Shown here piece after piece: positions 1 to 12,746 of a DNA stretch of 64,000 bases (positions are counted from its first letter, which is position 1; each line of letters starts with the position of its first letter). Under the pieces are notes generated by a model that saw only the letters and a program-made list of their open reading frames with translations, was not told the DNA's origin and did not search any database. The position numbers were made by a program, and so were the translations under genes. The stretch is from Octopus sinensis. Taxonomy: Eukaryota. The stretch covers positions 18,538,001 to 18,602,000 of the forward strand of contig NC_043003.1 of assembly GCF_006345805.1 (NCBI RefSeq). The letters are read 5' to 3'.

Positions 1-563
1 AGCCTGATGCTCTAACCACTGAGCCATGTGCATTCACTAATATAATAGTAGTAATGGCTTAAACCTCAACTCACCTCCTCAACTTATTTGACATCTCTGA
101 AGAGATTCTGTAATGAAATGAAAACATTGTGTTAAAACATGGAAAGTGTAAAGAACATAACTTGGTTTTCAGTTTTTCCATAAAATGTGAAATATAATGT
201 TAATGCAAATTTAAAAAAAAAAATTATAAAAAAGCAAAATACTGAGTGTCAGATTATTTCAAAATTACATTCTTAATTTCTGTAATTTTATGCTGAGAAA
301 TAAGCGTACATGCACGCACATTCATACAGACACACACGTGCACATACAGGTAGTCGCTCTCTCTCTTTCTCTCTCTCACACACACACACCCCCAAAGGTA
401 CAAATACATGCAAGCATTTTTAAGTTATAAAGCAACAATATGAAGTCAACGATCATGGCAAATGTTATAAAATGGTAACTATGCACATAGTTACTGGTCT
501 GTTAAAAGCAAAACATAAAAAAAAAGAAGTAAAGAGATAGAGATAACTAGAGAGAAAGAGTAA

Positions 564-583
564 GACAGACAGATAGATAGACG

Positions 584-625
<42 letters not shown>

Positions 626-800
626 CGGATAGATAGATAGATAGACGGATAGATAGATAGATAGATAGATAGACGGATAGATAGATAGATAGACAGATAG
701 ATAGATAGATAGATAGACGGATAGATAGATAGATAGATAGATAGATAGACGGATAGATAGATAGATAGACGGATAAATAGATAGATAGATAGATAGATAG
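564..800. repeat. (GATA)n tetranucleotide microsatellite with interspersed GACG/GACA variants
   Basis: Read directly. Confidence 0.98.
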
Positions 801-2201
801 AGAGGGAGAGAGAGAAAGAAAGAGAAATATTAATCACACCATTCAAAAATCATACATAGATACCCATGGACTTTAAAATGTCTTCACCAAAGGGTGAAAA
901 TTGGTTGTCTTAAAGTAAAACATTAGATGTGACTTATCTAAAACAAGCAAAAGCAGGAAATGGTGACAGCTACAAAACATGAATTTTTTTTTGTTAGTTA
1001 AAATCATGGAAAAAGTTTGTTTTTTTTCAATTAAGAAGTATTAATTTTTTTTTTTAAAAAGAAATTCAAACAAAATAATTAAATACTCCTAAATTATATT
1101 AAACAATTCAAACAACAACCCATTTAAACTACAACCCATAATGATTATAGTTAACTAATTCAATACCACCTCTTCTACTATGTAACCAAAACTGCCCAAA
1201 ACTGTTCGATGCTTTCCTATATAATATGCACAAATGTAATTGCTTTCTCAAATAAACTGCACTTCATTTTTTGAGACTCCAATGAAACCATAAGGTGTTA
1301 CTCAGGTACTCAATGAGTCCACTGCATTTTACAGCAGCAACAGCTGCCGTTCAAGAATTTGGACCTGGAGATCTCCATTTCCAGCGACTGGAAGGTCTGG
1401 GGTCTCCTGCCCCTAAGCCCTAGACCATCACCTAATCACCCTTACCCGTCTTTTTGCTTAACAACAACAACAGCAGCAACAGCTGACTATCAGGACAATT
1501 GTTTATTTCCTTGTCATCTCTTTTTCATTAAGAAAAAATTTAGCAAGATTTACTACGTATTTGCTAACAAAGATTCAAAGAAGAGATGGTTTCACCATAG
1601 TTTTACATAATCTCTTTTATTCTAAACACCAGTTTTATATGGCTGTAAAACTGATAAAAGACAAACAAAAAATACAAACTATAGTTATTTTACAAAGTCC
1701 CACTCTAAACTCTTTATTATTTTTTTTAACAATTAATTGAAATACATAACCATCATATATATATTTCTGCTGAGAAATATAATCACAAAAAGGTTAAACA
1801 GAAGTCAATTCTGTTGAAATTGGATATTATAGTCAATTTCAAATACTATCATAACTGATATTATACCACATCAATTAAGGAAACCTTTAAATGATCATTC
1901 AATCTGTTAAAAATAGTAGCCAATATCTCCCTCATATTGCACTAATGTTTTACAAAAAGGGGAAGAATATTTTAGCCTATATAAAACGTTTTTATTTCAG
2001 ACTAACACAAAATTATGTATCATTTATTTAAATGTGCTTGGAGGTTTTTCAGTTATTCTGACTCAACCCACGACAATTAGAAAGGACAGAATAACAGAGT
2101 AATAAGTCTCTTTGAGAAGTTTCTCTGAAACAAAACATTAAAGCTGGTGCCATCCAATGTTAATATCAGCATTATAAACATTATATAAATTGTTATTTTA
2201 A

Positions 2202-2408
2202 CCCTTTTACAGAGGAAATCAGGTATATCCACTCCAAATATCAATACCTTTAACAGCAGAAAGCAGTTTTATATACCAATCTATATTCTTGTTGAAGAAT
2301 GTCAAGTTTATTGAAGCAACATGACAAGAAGAAAATACTAATTCTATTTTGTGGTAGATATTTAACATTACTGGAATAACCACAAAATTTAATTTTGTGG
2401 TTACAGGA
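2202..2408. mobile_element. piggyBac-type MITE, third family
   Basis: TTAA-CCCTTTT start and AGGA-TTAA end. The body (gtatatccactc...cttgttgaagaatgtc...ttactggaataacc) recurs at about 46032 and 55800. Confidence 0.6.
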
Positions 2409-2926
2409 TTAACCTAATGCTGTTTCTAGTGTGTTTATTAATTTAATTCTAGCTTGACCAGCTTTTGCATGAATCAGTAAACAGAGCAATCATTTTCTAA
2501 ACTGCCTCCACTGCTATTTAAAATCATGCTAATTATTGAATTAATTTCTATTATTTAATTAAGTCCATGGCATCATTTATTAATTTTTCTTTTTTTTTAA
2601 TAAAAAATATTGTTTAAATAAGAAAATCTCACAAAATAACAGTCAAAGATTAGAAAAAAAGTCAATGTAGTTCTTCCACATGATGAGCGTGCAAATAACT
2701 TTAAGAATAAATGCATTTTAACCACAGCTTTGATATGATCTTTCAGTATTTCAAAGATAGCATTTTTCTTGGTAAATTTCATGAAATAAAATCCAAAAAT
2801 TGAGTAAAGAAAATGTTCTTTTAACAGGATATGACTGTAAACAAATATTTAATTATTGTCTGTGGTAAACAAGTGGTGATTATTCTACATGAAAATAGTC
2901 TCTAATCAAGCAAATAATTCTGTTAC

Positions 2927-2965
2927 CTGTTAAGTGAGACAGAAAAATCTAAATTAATGTCTGCC
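2927..2965 (-). CDS. Candidate 39-nt symmetric mini-exon of liprin-alpha (phase 2 to 2): (R)ADINLDFSVSLN
   Basis: Acceptor ttttttttttttgtatcacaagcag, donor CAG|gtaaca. Length is 3n with no stop in the required frame. No homology support available to me. Confidence 0.5.
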
Positions 2966-4506
2966 CTGCTTGTGATACAAAAAAAAAAAAATGGAAAAAA
3001 ACAAACTTGAGGTGAATAGAGATGAATGAATGCAAAAGGTAATTTCCATGTGAGTGAGTATGGTAAGGAATCCTGATGTGATGTCAATAGAAAAAAAATA
3101 TATATCTTTATGGATGTGTATGAACAATGATGTGATTATTGTGAGATAAGGAAGAACAGTGAGCCTTTGGTTTAGATCTTATAAGCAATGAGAAATGGCT
3201 GTGTGGAATTCTATGTGGATGCAAGAGATTAATAGAAATAGAGCCACAATTAATAATAGTTATATAATAAAGATTTGGATCAGAGTTTATTAAAGTTTGA
3301 TTATATTGCTGTTCTCCTTTTGCTTTTTGCTTTTTTTTTTATCATTCAAGTTGAAGAATTTAAATCTAGTAAACACTCTAAGTTATCGTTAAAAAATTAA
3401 CAGAACAGTAAAGGAAAAAAAAAAGTAACTATTTAAATATTATAAGAAAAGGTTTCACTAGATGGAGATGGTAAGTGTGAAGAGAAGGTACAAGTGGTTG
3501 TAGATGAGAGCCAGTGAAGCAGTGACTGTGAAAATATGCGATGACATAGCTGAGACTGAGGCTGACAGTGGTGACATGAAGAGAGAAAGAGAGAGAGAGA
3601 AAAAAAAAAACAATGATGGAGAGGATAGCTGGAAATGAATGAATTTACTGTAACCTTTTTTTATTCCGTGTGCACAACACATTTTGCAAATTATGTTGCT
3701 CCGTTTTAGCTTTTTTTTTTTTTCTTTTGGTATACTTCAAAAAACATTGCTAACTATGAAGGACTATGAAACAAAGATGAACAACAAAAGCCTAATCTAG
3801 CGAGACTAATAAAGCCTGGCGAGACTAATAAGCTAAAATACATAATATATATATAATAAAAAAAAAAGATAAATAAAAAGCAGCAGAAAAACAAACATTT
3901 AAAAAATTAGCAATCAATCTGCTATTTTGTTTAGAATAGAGGACTTCAAAAACAACTGCTGGCAGGTGAGCCAAGTTGGAATAAAATAGCATCAAAAATT
4001 AATACCATGATGTTATTTTGATGAGTAGAGTTAAATAATTAAAGATATGAAAATATACAGGCAAGGTTGAAGTTTAACCTATGGAATTATTGTGTTAAAT
4101 TATCAAAGTACCATTGTATAATCAGACAAAATTTTACACAATGGTATATATGAAATGGAAATACCAAATAATAATAATGATAATAATAATAGTGTATTTC
4201 CAAATGAATCTTCTCAAATTGAATTTTGTAAAATTTCCCATCGGAGAGGAAATGTTTTAGTCACAACATTCAGTTCTAACAAAAACAACAATGATAAGCC
4301 AATGCAGAAAGAAAATTCGTTGCAGTTATAAAGTATATTAGGATTGAGGGTTGCAGTTATGTCATGTTGTGTGTATGTGTGTGTGAGACAGGTCTTTATG
4401 GTGCCAGTATGTTCCTGCCACAAGATGATTCTTAGCAGTAGGTTAGGGATGAAGAAATACCCTTTCTTTCCATTTAAATAAAATTTTCTTTATATTTGCC
4501 TAGGTT

Positions 4507-5197
4507 ATAATAATAATAATAATAATAATCCTTTCTACTATAGGCACAAGGCCTGAAACTTTGGAAGAGGGGCCTAGTTGATTACATCGAACCCAATGTG
4601 TGACTGGTACTTATTTCATCAACCCCGAAAGGATGAAAGGCAATATCGACCTCGGCAGAATTTGAACTCAGAACACAGGGAGGAATGAAATGCCACTAAG
4701 CATTTTGCCCAGCATGCTAATGATTCTGCCAGCTCTCTGCCTTCATATAATAATAATCCTTTCTACTATAGGCACAAGGCCTGAAATTTTGGGGGAGGAG
4801 GCCAGTCAATTAGATCAACCCCAGTACGCAACTGGTGCTTAATATATTGACCCCGAAAGGATGAAAAGCAAAGTCGACCTTGGCGGAATTTGAACTCAAA
4901 AACGTAAAGACAGATGAAATACCGTTAAGCACTTTGCTTGGTGTGCTAACTTCATATAATAATAATAATAATAATCCTTTCTACTATAGGCACAAGGCCT
5001 GAAATTTTGAGGAAGGGGATGATTCGATTACATCGACCCTAGTACATAACTAGTACTTAATCTATCCACCTCCAAAAGGATGAAAAGGCATAGTCAACCT
5101 TGGTGGAATTTGAACTCTGAAATGCCGCTAAGTATTTCGCCTGGCATGCTAACAATTCTGCTAGCTCACCACCTTCATATAATAATAATAATAATAA
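4507..5197 (-). mobile_element. Three head-to-tail tRNA-derived SINEs (family A, about 215 bp) linked by (TAA)n
   Basis: Minus strand reads GGCGGCGAGCTGGCAGAA (A-box-like)...GAGTTCAAATTCC (B-box)...gcctttcatcctttcggggtcgat...tagtagaaagga(TTA)n. Confidence 0.85.
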
Positions 5198-6714
5198 AGG
5201 AGTGATTTCCTAAGGAACATAATGCGGATATATTTAGTTAAATTACTAATATTGATATATTTGATAAAAATTTATTGCAAATTTTATTCAATGAAAATTT
5301 AATGCAAAACTGTCAGCTGGACAGCATTACAGAATATTTGATGAAAGAAAGCGTTACTGTAACAGCAGATGGAACATATTTCTGGCAGATAATGGGTATA
5401 TATATAGAAATATACCATGTTATAACGAAAGGTGTTATCAACACAAAATAGTATGTTGTTTGAGTGGAAGACTACAGTTGTGCATCTATTGCAGTTGAGA
5501 CAACAACAAAAAAAAAATAAGAAAAAAAATTAGAAACAAAAAAAAAAAACAAGTATGTACAGTGATTCTGTGCTCCTTTTATGGGGCACTACTAACCTTA
5601 TTACTGTGTTCTGATCCAGTCCATATCTGGTAAAATAACAGAGCACAGGGTCAAGTATAAAAAAAAGGAACGTAAGAGGGACAAAACTTTGGGCACAAAA
5701 TGGGATTAATCTCTTTCATGCTTCAGTTGGTTCATGAAGGTTGTCTAAGATTCTTAAGAAAGACCCTAATGTCAGAGATGTAAAAATGGACTGAATGGAA
5801 AATGTTAAAAGAGATAAAATGGTCAAGAGGTAATGTTCATGGAAAAATAATTTCAGAAAGCCAGAAATGCAGGAGAATTTATGCAAAAAATAAATAAATA
5901 ATAGCTAAAAAAATTTTTTTTCATTTTAAAATGGGATGGTGATGTTATTTCCAAGGGAAGCCAAGACCAAAAATGTTTTTAAAAAACCTTCGTTCTGTGA
6001 CATATCAAGATTAATAAAAATTTTCGAAGCTACTTTCACAAGAAGAAATAAGTGTGAATTATAAGAAGACCATACTTATAAAAAAGGAATGTAAAAACAA
6101 AATGAATATTCTAGAATAAATTCTAGTTATTTTAGCTTGATAAATATGAGAGTAGGGGTTAGATATTCTAGATAAACATTCTCTCAAGATTCAACAGAGT
6201 ATTAAAGAGCTAAAACTTTTATTTTCGAAGTACTTCTCTGCTGTCTATCTGTCTCTTTCCAAACAAACACACACACAAATCTAAAATTAATATGGCTGAG
6301 TGCATAAAGTGTTTGAACTACTAGCTCATGAACTGTGAGATCAAATCAACTATAAGTATTCTATTAATTTCTATTTTGGATTTGGTTTGTAAGGTAAATA
6401 ACGGACAGAGTCAAAACTATTGAAAAGGCTGCAAGACGCAACGAAAATTTTAGGAAAATGAAAATAAGAAAAAAGTGGAAATTTTACCGGTGAGTGTGTT
6501 ACATTATAAGGCACAAAAAGAAAATGACTCTCCCCAGACACAACAGAATATTCTCTTAATTCTATAGAACTTAATTCATTTAACTGTTGATAACAGTTAC
6601 CAGATATTCATGACATATTAGCTGCATTAAACTGGTGTCACAAATAAGAAAAGAAATTCATTCCACCCAGTCACAAAATACCACGGTACTACAATGATTT
6701 CCATATATCTTTAA

Positions 6715-6945
6715 TCCTTTTTGCTATCATATTTCTGTTGAAATACACTTGCCCTGTCTCAATTAATTTCGAAAATAATTTAGAATTTTGTAAAACAACA
6801 CTGTCTCTTAGGATTAGGAAAGATTATCAGAATGGTGTTTGGAATATAAGTTAACATTTTGAGGGAGGTTTCTAATTTGGATCCCTTTAAAACAGGGAAT
6901 TTGTATCGTAGAGCCAAAAGTAGTTTCAGGATGAATTGGTATTTC
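6715..6945. mobile_element. Degenerate copy of the 35291-type piggyBac MITE, opposite orientation
   Basis: TTAA-TCCTTTTTGCTATC end; internal similarity to 35291-35508 and 46254-46476. Confidence 0.5.
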
Positions 6946-8149
6946 CTTAGCAGCTCATATCTTTTACTGGACCATTAGAGAGATGGATGCTATAGTTAGT
7001 GTTGTTATCTAAGACATATCTCTTTTTACCACATTAGCATTAACTGGTTGAAGTTTGCTAAAGCAAATATTTTAAAGTTTCCTACAGCTAACCACTCAGC
7101 TGGTAGTTGAACCAGTTTTGTCAGCCTAGAAGAGCAAGGAAGGGAGTGTTGTATAACATATCTCTATGGGTACAACTCTAATATACTAGTGATTGTATAA
7201 CTATTATATCAATTCCAAATATACAAAGCTTAGTGATTTGGGGACTGGGTTCATGATCCTAAGGTGGCAGGGTTTGATTCCTGGGCTAGGCACTGTATTA
7301 TGCCAATGTGTAGTTAGTTCACATTACTTAATAAGGAGCATAGGGCTGGTTTCCTTGTTTCTCTGGCATATACAGTATATTCCTCCTTGGATACGATGAT
7401 ATTCTGTCAGAGGATTGTTCATTTTTATCAGTTCAGTGGAGTGGAGCAACATGAAATGAAGTGTTTCACCTAGGAACACAATGCATTATCTGGTCCAGGA
7501 ATAGAAACCACAATCTTACAATCATGAGTCCATCACCCTAACCACTAAGTCATGCACCTCCATGTGTAAGGCACTTCATTTCATATTACATTAACTGTCA
7601 CATCCACTATATTCTGCTGGGTCAAGGACAGCAGAATCTATGTTTGCTCACACTAAGCAAAACCAATTACAGAAAGCATGGTACATGCTACCAGCTCATG
7701 TGCAACACACTAGTGAGTAATGGTTATGGTTTATGGTTCCATCTATTCTATTCATCACTGAACAACATAATGTGTAAAAGGCTGAAAAAAATCATGAAAG
7801 ATTCCTACAAGTTATAGGTGCAAGCTGTTGATTATCTTGATTATTAGAAATACAAATTGTAACAGCTTCAGGTTGCTAGGCAGAATTAGAAAGCCAGCTA
7901 CAGTATCTTAATATCTTGATAAGGTGATTGTTCAACAAATGCACAGAAAATTAAATAAATATAATGTCACAGAATGATTAATGCAGTGACAACTTGGAAC
8001 ACAGAAGAAACTATAATGTTGAACCAGCAGTTCTAGGTCCTTAAAACTATCTTAGCCAGCAGAAGTGTGAAATTGTTTAATTTTTTTCCTTGCCATTTAT
8101 GTACATAATGATCAATATTGTAACTCTTTTATTATTATTATTTACTGGC

Positions 8150-8472
8150 ACTTGTGCCCATGCTAGTAGGGTGCCAAGAGCACCATCTGAGCGTGATCAT
8201 TGCTAGAGCAGCCAACTGGCTTCCATACCGGTGGCATTTGTAAAAAGATTCGAGTGAGGACGTTGCCAGTACCACTGACTGGCCCCCCTGCCGGTGGCAT
8301 GCAAAAAGCACCCACTACACTTTCGGAGTGGTTGGCGTTAGGAAGGGCATCCAGCTGTAGAAACTCTACCAAATCAAGATTGGAGCCTGGCGCAGCCATC
8401 TGGTTCGCTAGCCCTCAGTCAAAATCGTCCAACCCATGCTAGTATGGAAAGCGGACGTTAAACGATGATGAT
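8150..8472 (+). mobile_element. Family-D SINE-like element with internal gccggtggcacgtaaaaagcacc repeats and (GAT)n tail; copies at 23052-23253, 24855-25153, 27150-27368, 30530-30780, 50224-50443, 59160-59425 (all +)
   Basis: Conserved 3' block ggttggcgttaggaagggcatccagctgtagaaac...catggaaagcggacgttaaacgatgatg. Confidence 0.85.
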
Positions 8473-9379
8473 TATAATAATAATAATAATAATAATCCTT
8501 TCTACTAAAGGCACAAGGCCTGATATTTGAGAGAGGAGGCTAGTTGATTACACTGACCCCAGCGCATTACTGGTATTTATTTTATCAACCAAGGAAGGAT
8601 GAAAGGCAAAGTCAACCTCGGTGGAATTTGAACTCAGAACATAAAGACAGACAAAATGCCTCTAAGCAGCTTATATACAATAGGCTGCCACACAGTTTCC
8701 ATCTACCAAATTCACTCACAAGTTTGGCCTAGGGCTATAATGCTACAGTATAAGACACTTGCCCAAGGTTCTGTGCAGTGAGACTGAACTCAAAACCACA
8801 TGGTTGCAAAGCGAGTTTCTAAACCACAAAGCCAAAATAACAGAGTAAAGGAGAAATAAGACAATGAGAACAACAGAACTACTCAAGAAATCTAATCGAA
8901 ACTAAATTCATTTTCAGTAAAACGTATTTTACAATCTAAAAAATATACTGTATAAACATTTATGAACGTCTGACAATAGTGTTCGTGAAAACATCATTCT
9001 GCATACTTGGTAATTCATTTACATAATCCTCATTATCTACTGCGTTTCTCACCTATGCATGGCACAGCTATCAGTTGATCTCTGTTTACTTCAGTAACTC
9101 CTGAGCTGCTTTAGAATTTTATCAACAACAAATGCCTGTGAGCATTTTCAAATAGCTTATTCTGTCACTCCCACACATTGAGAGCTACACAGAGCCACAT
9201 ACAATGTCATTCAAATACACACACACACACAATAACAGTTTCTAAACAACAAATAGCTACATGTAATAATGAGCCATAACCTTGTCCTAATGTCACAAAT
9301 TTTTATGGATGGGGCACAATTTATTAAGCTACCCCTCGTGAGGTATTTACTTTATTACAGACAAGATCAGGAATTTTGA

Positions 9380-10500
9380 GTTAAGGGTGTAGTTGATTTA
9401 ATTGATCCTAGTACTTGGCTGTTTGTTATTATTTTTAATTCAGATACAAGGTGAGTAATTCTGGAGGGAAGGAATATTTTTTCAACCCAAGGAATGAAAG
9501 GCCAACTTGACTACAATAGGATTTGAACTCAGAACGTAAAGTGAATTCGTTTAGCAATGATGATAATGATAAATAATAATAAGAGTAATAATAATAATCC
9601 TTTCTACTATAGAGACAAGGCCTCAAATTTTGGGGAAGGGGACTAGTTGATTACATCAACCCCAGTGCTTCAGTGGTACTTGATTTATTGACCCCAAAAG
9701 GATGAAAGGCAAAGCTGACCTCAGCGGAATTTGAACTTAGAATGTAGCGAAGGACAAAATACTGCTAAGCATTTTGTCCGGCATGCTAACGATTCTGCCA
9801 GCCCACTGCCTTAATAATGATAATAATCCTTTCTACTATAGGTACAAGGCCTGAAATTTGGTGGGGAGGGTACTAGTTGACTACTTCAACCCCAGTGTTT
9901 AACTGGTACTTAATTTATTGACCCCCAAAAGGATGAAAGGCGAAGTTGACTTCGGCAAAATTTGAACTCAAAACATAAAGACGAAATGTCACAAACCATT
10001 TTGCTTTCATGCTAACAATTTTGCCAGCTCACTGCCTTAATAATAATAATAAGAATATCCTTTAGAGCTTCTATAGAAAGTTTGCCTCTTAGGTAATAAT
10101 AATAATTGTTTCAAATTTTGACACAAGACCAGCAATTGCAGGGAGGTGTAAGTCGATTACATCAACCCCAGTGCTCAACTGGTACTTATTTTATCAACCT
10201 TGGAAGAATAAAAGGCAATGTCAGCATCAGCAGAATTTGAACTCGGGATTTAAAGATGGATAAAATGCTGCTAAGCATTTTTTCCAGTGTGCTAACAATT
10301 CTGCCAGCTTGCAACCTTAATAATAATAATGATTTCAAATTTTGGCACAAGGCCAGCAATTTAGGGGAGGGGTTAAGTTGATTACATTGACCCACCCACC
10401 CCCGGTGTTCAACTGGTACTTATTTTATCGATCCCAGAAGGATGAAAGGTATAGTCGACCTTGGATGAATTTGAACTCAGAACATAAAGATGAAATAATA
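9380..10500 (-). mobile_element. Array of four to five family-A SINEs
   Basis: Same unit repeated at about 9380, 9597, 9826, 10105 and 10331, with (TAA)n spacers. Confidence 0.85.
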
Positions 10501-11738
10501 AGGATGATGTTAATACTACTACTATTATTGGTAGCAACAACTGTTTCTAATCTAGGCACAAGCTGAAAAATCTTTGATTAGCTGATTAAAATTGACACCA
10601 GCATTTATTAAAATTTCCATTTTTTCAAAAAATCTTAAGTCGCAATTTTATTTTATTTTTTTTCCTTTTAGCATGAAGTCACGAATCTGCTAGAGAGGGA
10701 GGTGTGTGGTTGATTGAAATGAATATAGCAAAACAACAATGTTGATTGGTAACCTCATCGTGCACAAGACCAGGGCACAGACCATTAACTAACTCGAGTA
10801 CTGGACTGATTCTCAACTTATTGACCTCTTAAAGGACGACAAGTAAGCATGATCTCCGCAACATTTGAACTCAGGGTGTAAAGGGACGTAACTAAATACT
10901 CCAATGCAGTTTAAAAATACAAAAAAATTTTTTAAAAAGTTCCCATCATTAATAAAACTATTTCATCTAATCTGCTTTGTAGATAACTTCAGACAAAGTA
11001 AAGCTGAAACAAGCTAAAATTTTAAAACTATTCTTCTTCTTCCAATAAATATTAACATAAATATCAACTCGGTTTAAATTTTACAAAAAATTAAATAAGC
11101 AAAAAATATGTTGTATATCTAAGATCACTGAAGATGAAAATTATTTCTTTTCAATTTGTAGATAATCTTTAGAATTTTGATAAGAAAAACCTTGAAAAAT
11201 TATACTCTGAATCCAGTATAGAAAAATATACAGATAACAAAAAAGATAGCAATTATTACATTTAAGTATTTATATAAAAGTTTATCAATTTTTCATCTGT
11301 CTTCTTAGAGTTTCTATACAAAAGAGTATATATAAAATCAAAATGAGACTTGTAATATTTTAATGACCACATCTAGAAAATGAATAATATTTGCATTTAA
11401 AAAAAAAAATTGTCCTGGTTTAATGTTTTTTTTCTCTCCCTAGATCTTTCATTTGTGATAAATTGAAATAAATATTTATGCTGTGTAGAAGAAGATAACT
11501 GTAAACAAACAGTAATACACAACATCTTTGTCAATTTATATTTATGATATAAACAAACAGGTACGGTTTATATTTTTTTTAAAAATCAGATGAGACATAG
11601 ACAGATAAAAAAAAAAAAAAAAAATCAGCACGTAGATAAGATATAGTAAGTAGGGTAGGAGACAGAGGGAGGGGAATCGAACAAAGACAGAATAAAGAGA
11701 TAGAAAACCCCAAACGTAGCCAGGGTAGTTCCACTCAC

Positions 11739-11875
11739 CTCTCGTCACTATGCGCTAAAGCTGCTGCCACCCTTTCTAACCGTATTGAACGAGGAGTTGG
11801 TGGACTTGATTCACATTTAATTTGATGACCTTCTTCTGGAATCGCACTGTCGTCACGACTGTATTGAACGGCAGG
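11739..11875 (-). CDS. PPFIA: Liprin-alpha coding exon (137 nt, phase 0 to 2): PAVQYSRDDSAIPEEGHQIKCESSPPTPRSIRLERVAAALAHSDE
   Basis: Acceptor ttttccttcttccag after an AG-free zone of about 100 nt, donor AG|gtgagt. SPPTPRSIRLERVA.AL matches the liprin-alpha linker motif. Confidence 0.92.
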
Positions 11876-12172
11876 CTGGAAGAAGGAAAAATGCATTATA
11901 TTGAAGACATCGAGAGAAAGAAAAGAGAAGAGGAAAGGAAAAAAGGAAAAAAGAATCAAAAATTAATTTTTGGTTCAGCTAATTATTTTCTCGTTTGTTT
12001 TTTTTCTTTTTGTTTCCTTTTCATTTTCTTTTCAACATGAACATTACAAAGCAGTTTTCTTAGAGACAATATTGAGAATAGAGTGAAGAATAACACAGTA
12101 GCAGTACTGAGTTGAATCTTTGCTTTTCAATCCCATTCCAGTAATATTAGTGATTATTTAGGAATGACAGAG

Positions 12173-12210
<38 letters not shown>

Positions 12211-12711
12211 GAGAAGAAAAGAAAGGTAAAAGTGAAGTAATAACATTAGAGAAAGATAAAATGAATAGATGCAGGATATAAGAGCTGGATGTCACATGTG
12301 AAAAATGAAGTTGTTATCAATGTGAATTTAAGTTTGCAGAGGAAAATGAAAAGAGGTTGAAAGAAAATTTGAACATGAAACTGAAACCTCACATTGAGAA
12401 ATTTAAATAAAAAAAAAAAAAATACAGAAAAAAAACCCAACTTTATATCAATCAAATTATGCTAAGTAAATAGGAAATTAATATATGCAGGTATACTGGA
12501 TGAAATGATATATTATTCAGGGAGATATTAACAATAAATTACAAATCAGAATATTTTCTTCTTTTTGATCAAAAATAGTTATTCTTTTTGTTTTTTGTTA
12601 CCCAAACTATGTTCATAAAAGTTGGGTATATATAAAGTAAATACTACACCATTTATACATTTCCAAACAAAGCAAACACACACACATATATACATACATA
12701 CACACACACTA

Positions 12712-12746
<35 letters not shown>

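Noticed and set aside
547-846. 99-aa ORF (SIYL repeats)
   Set aside because: Translation of the (GATA)n microsatellite.
3430-3561. Pyrimidine tract plus acceptor with a 44-codon open frame
   Set aside because: The tract is a (CT)n/poly-T repeat, there is no convincing donor, and the peptide is not liprin-like.
8163-8442. Recurring FLQLDALPNANHS and LALGRASSC ORFs at several loci
   Set aside because: Translations of family-D SINE sequence, not a gene family.
9053-9135. Donor TAG|gtgaga with possible acceptors
   Set aside because: All options tested (53, 56, 83 nt) break the frame and the pyrimidine tracts are poor.
9575-10500. Regularly spaced repeats resembling a CRISPR array or tRNA cluster
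   Set aside because: Diverged SINE units of about 215 bp with (TAA)n tails. No short identical repeats with unique spacers, no cas genes and no complete cloverleaf.
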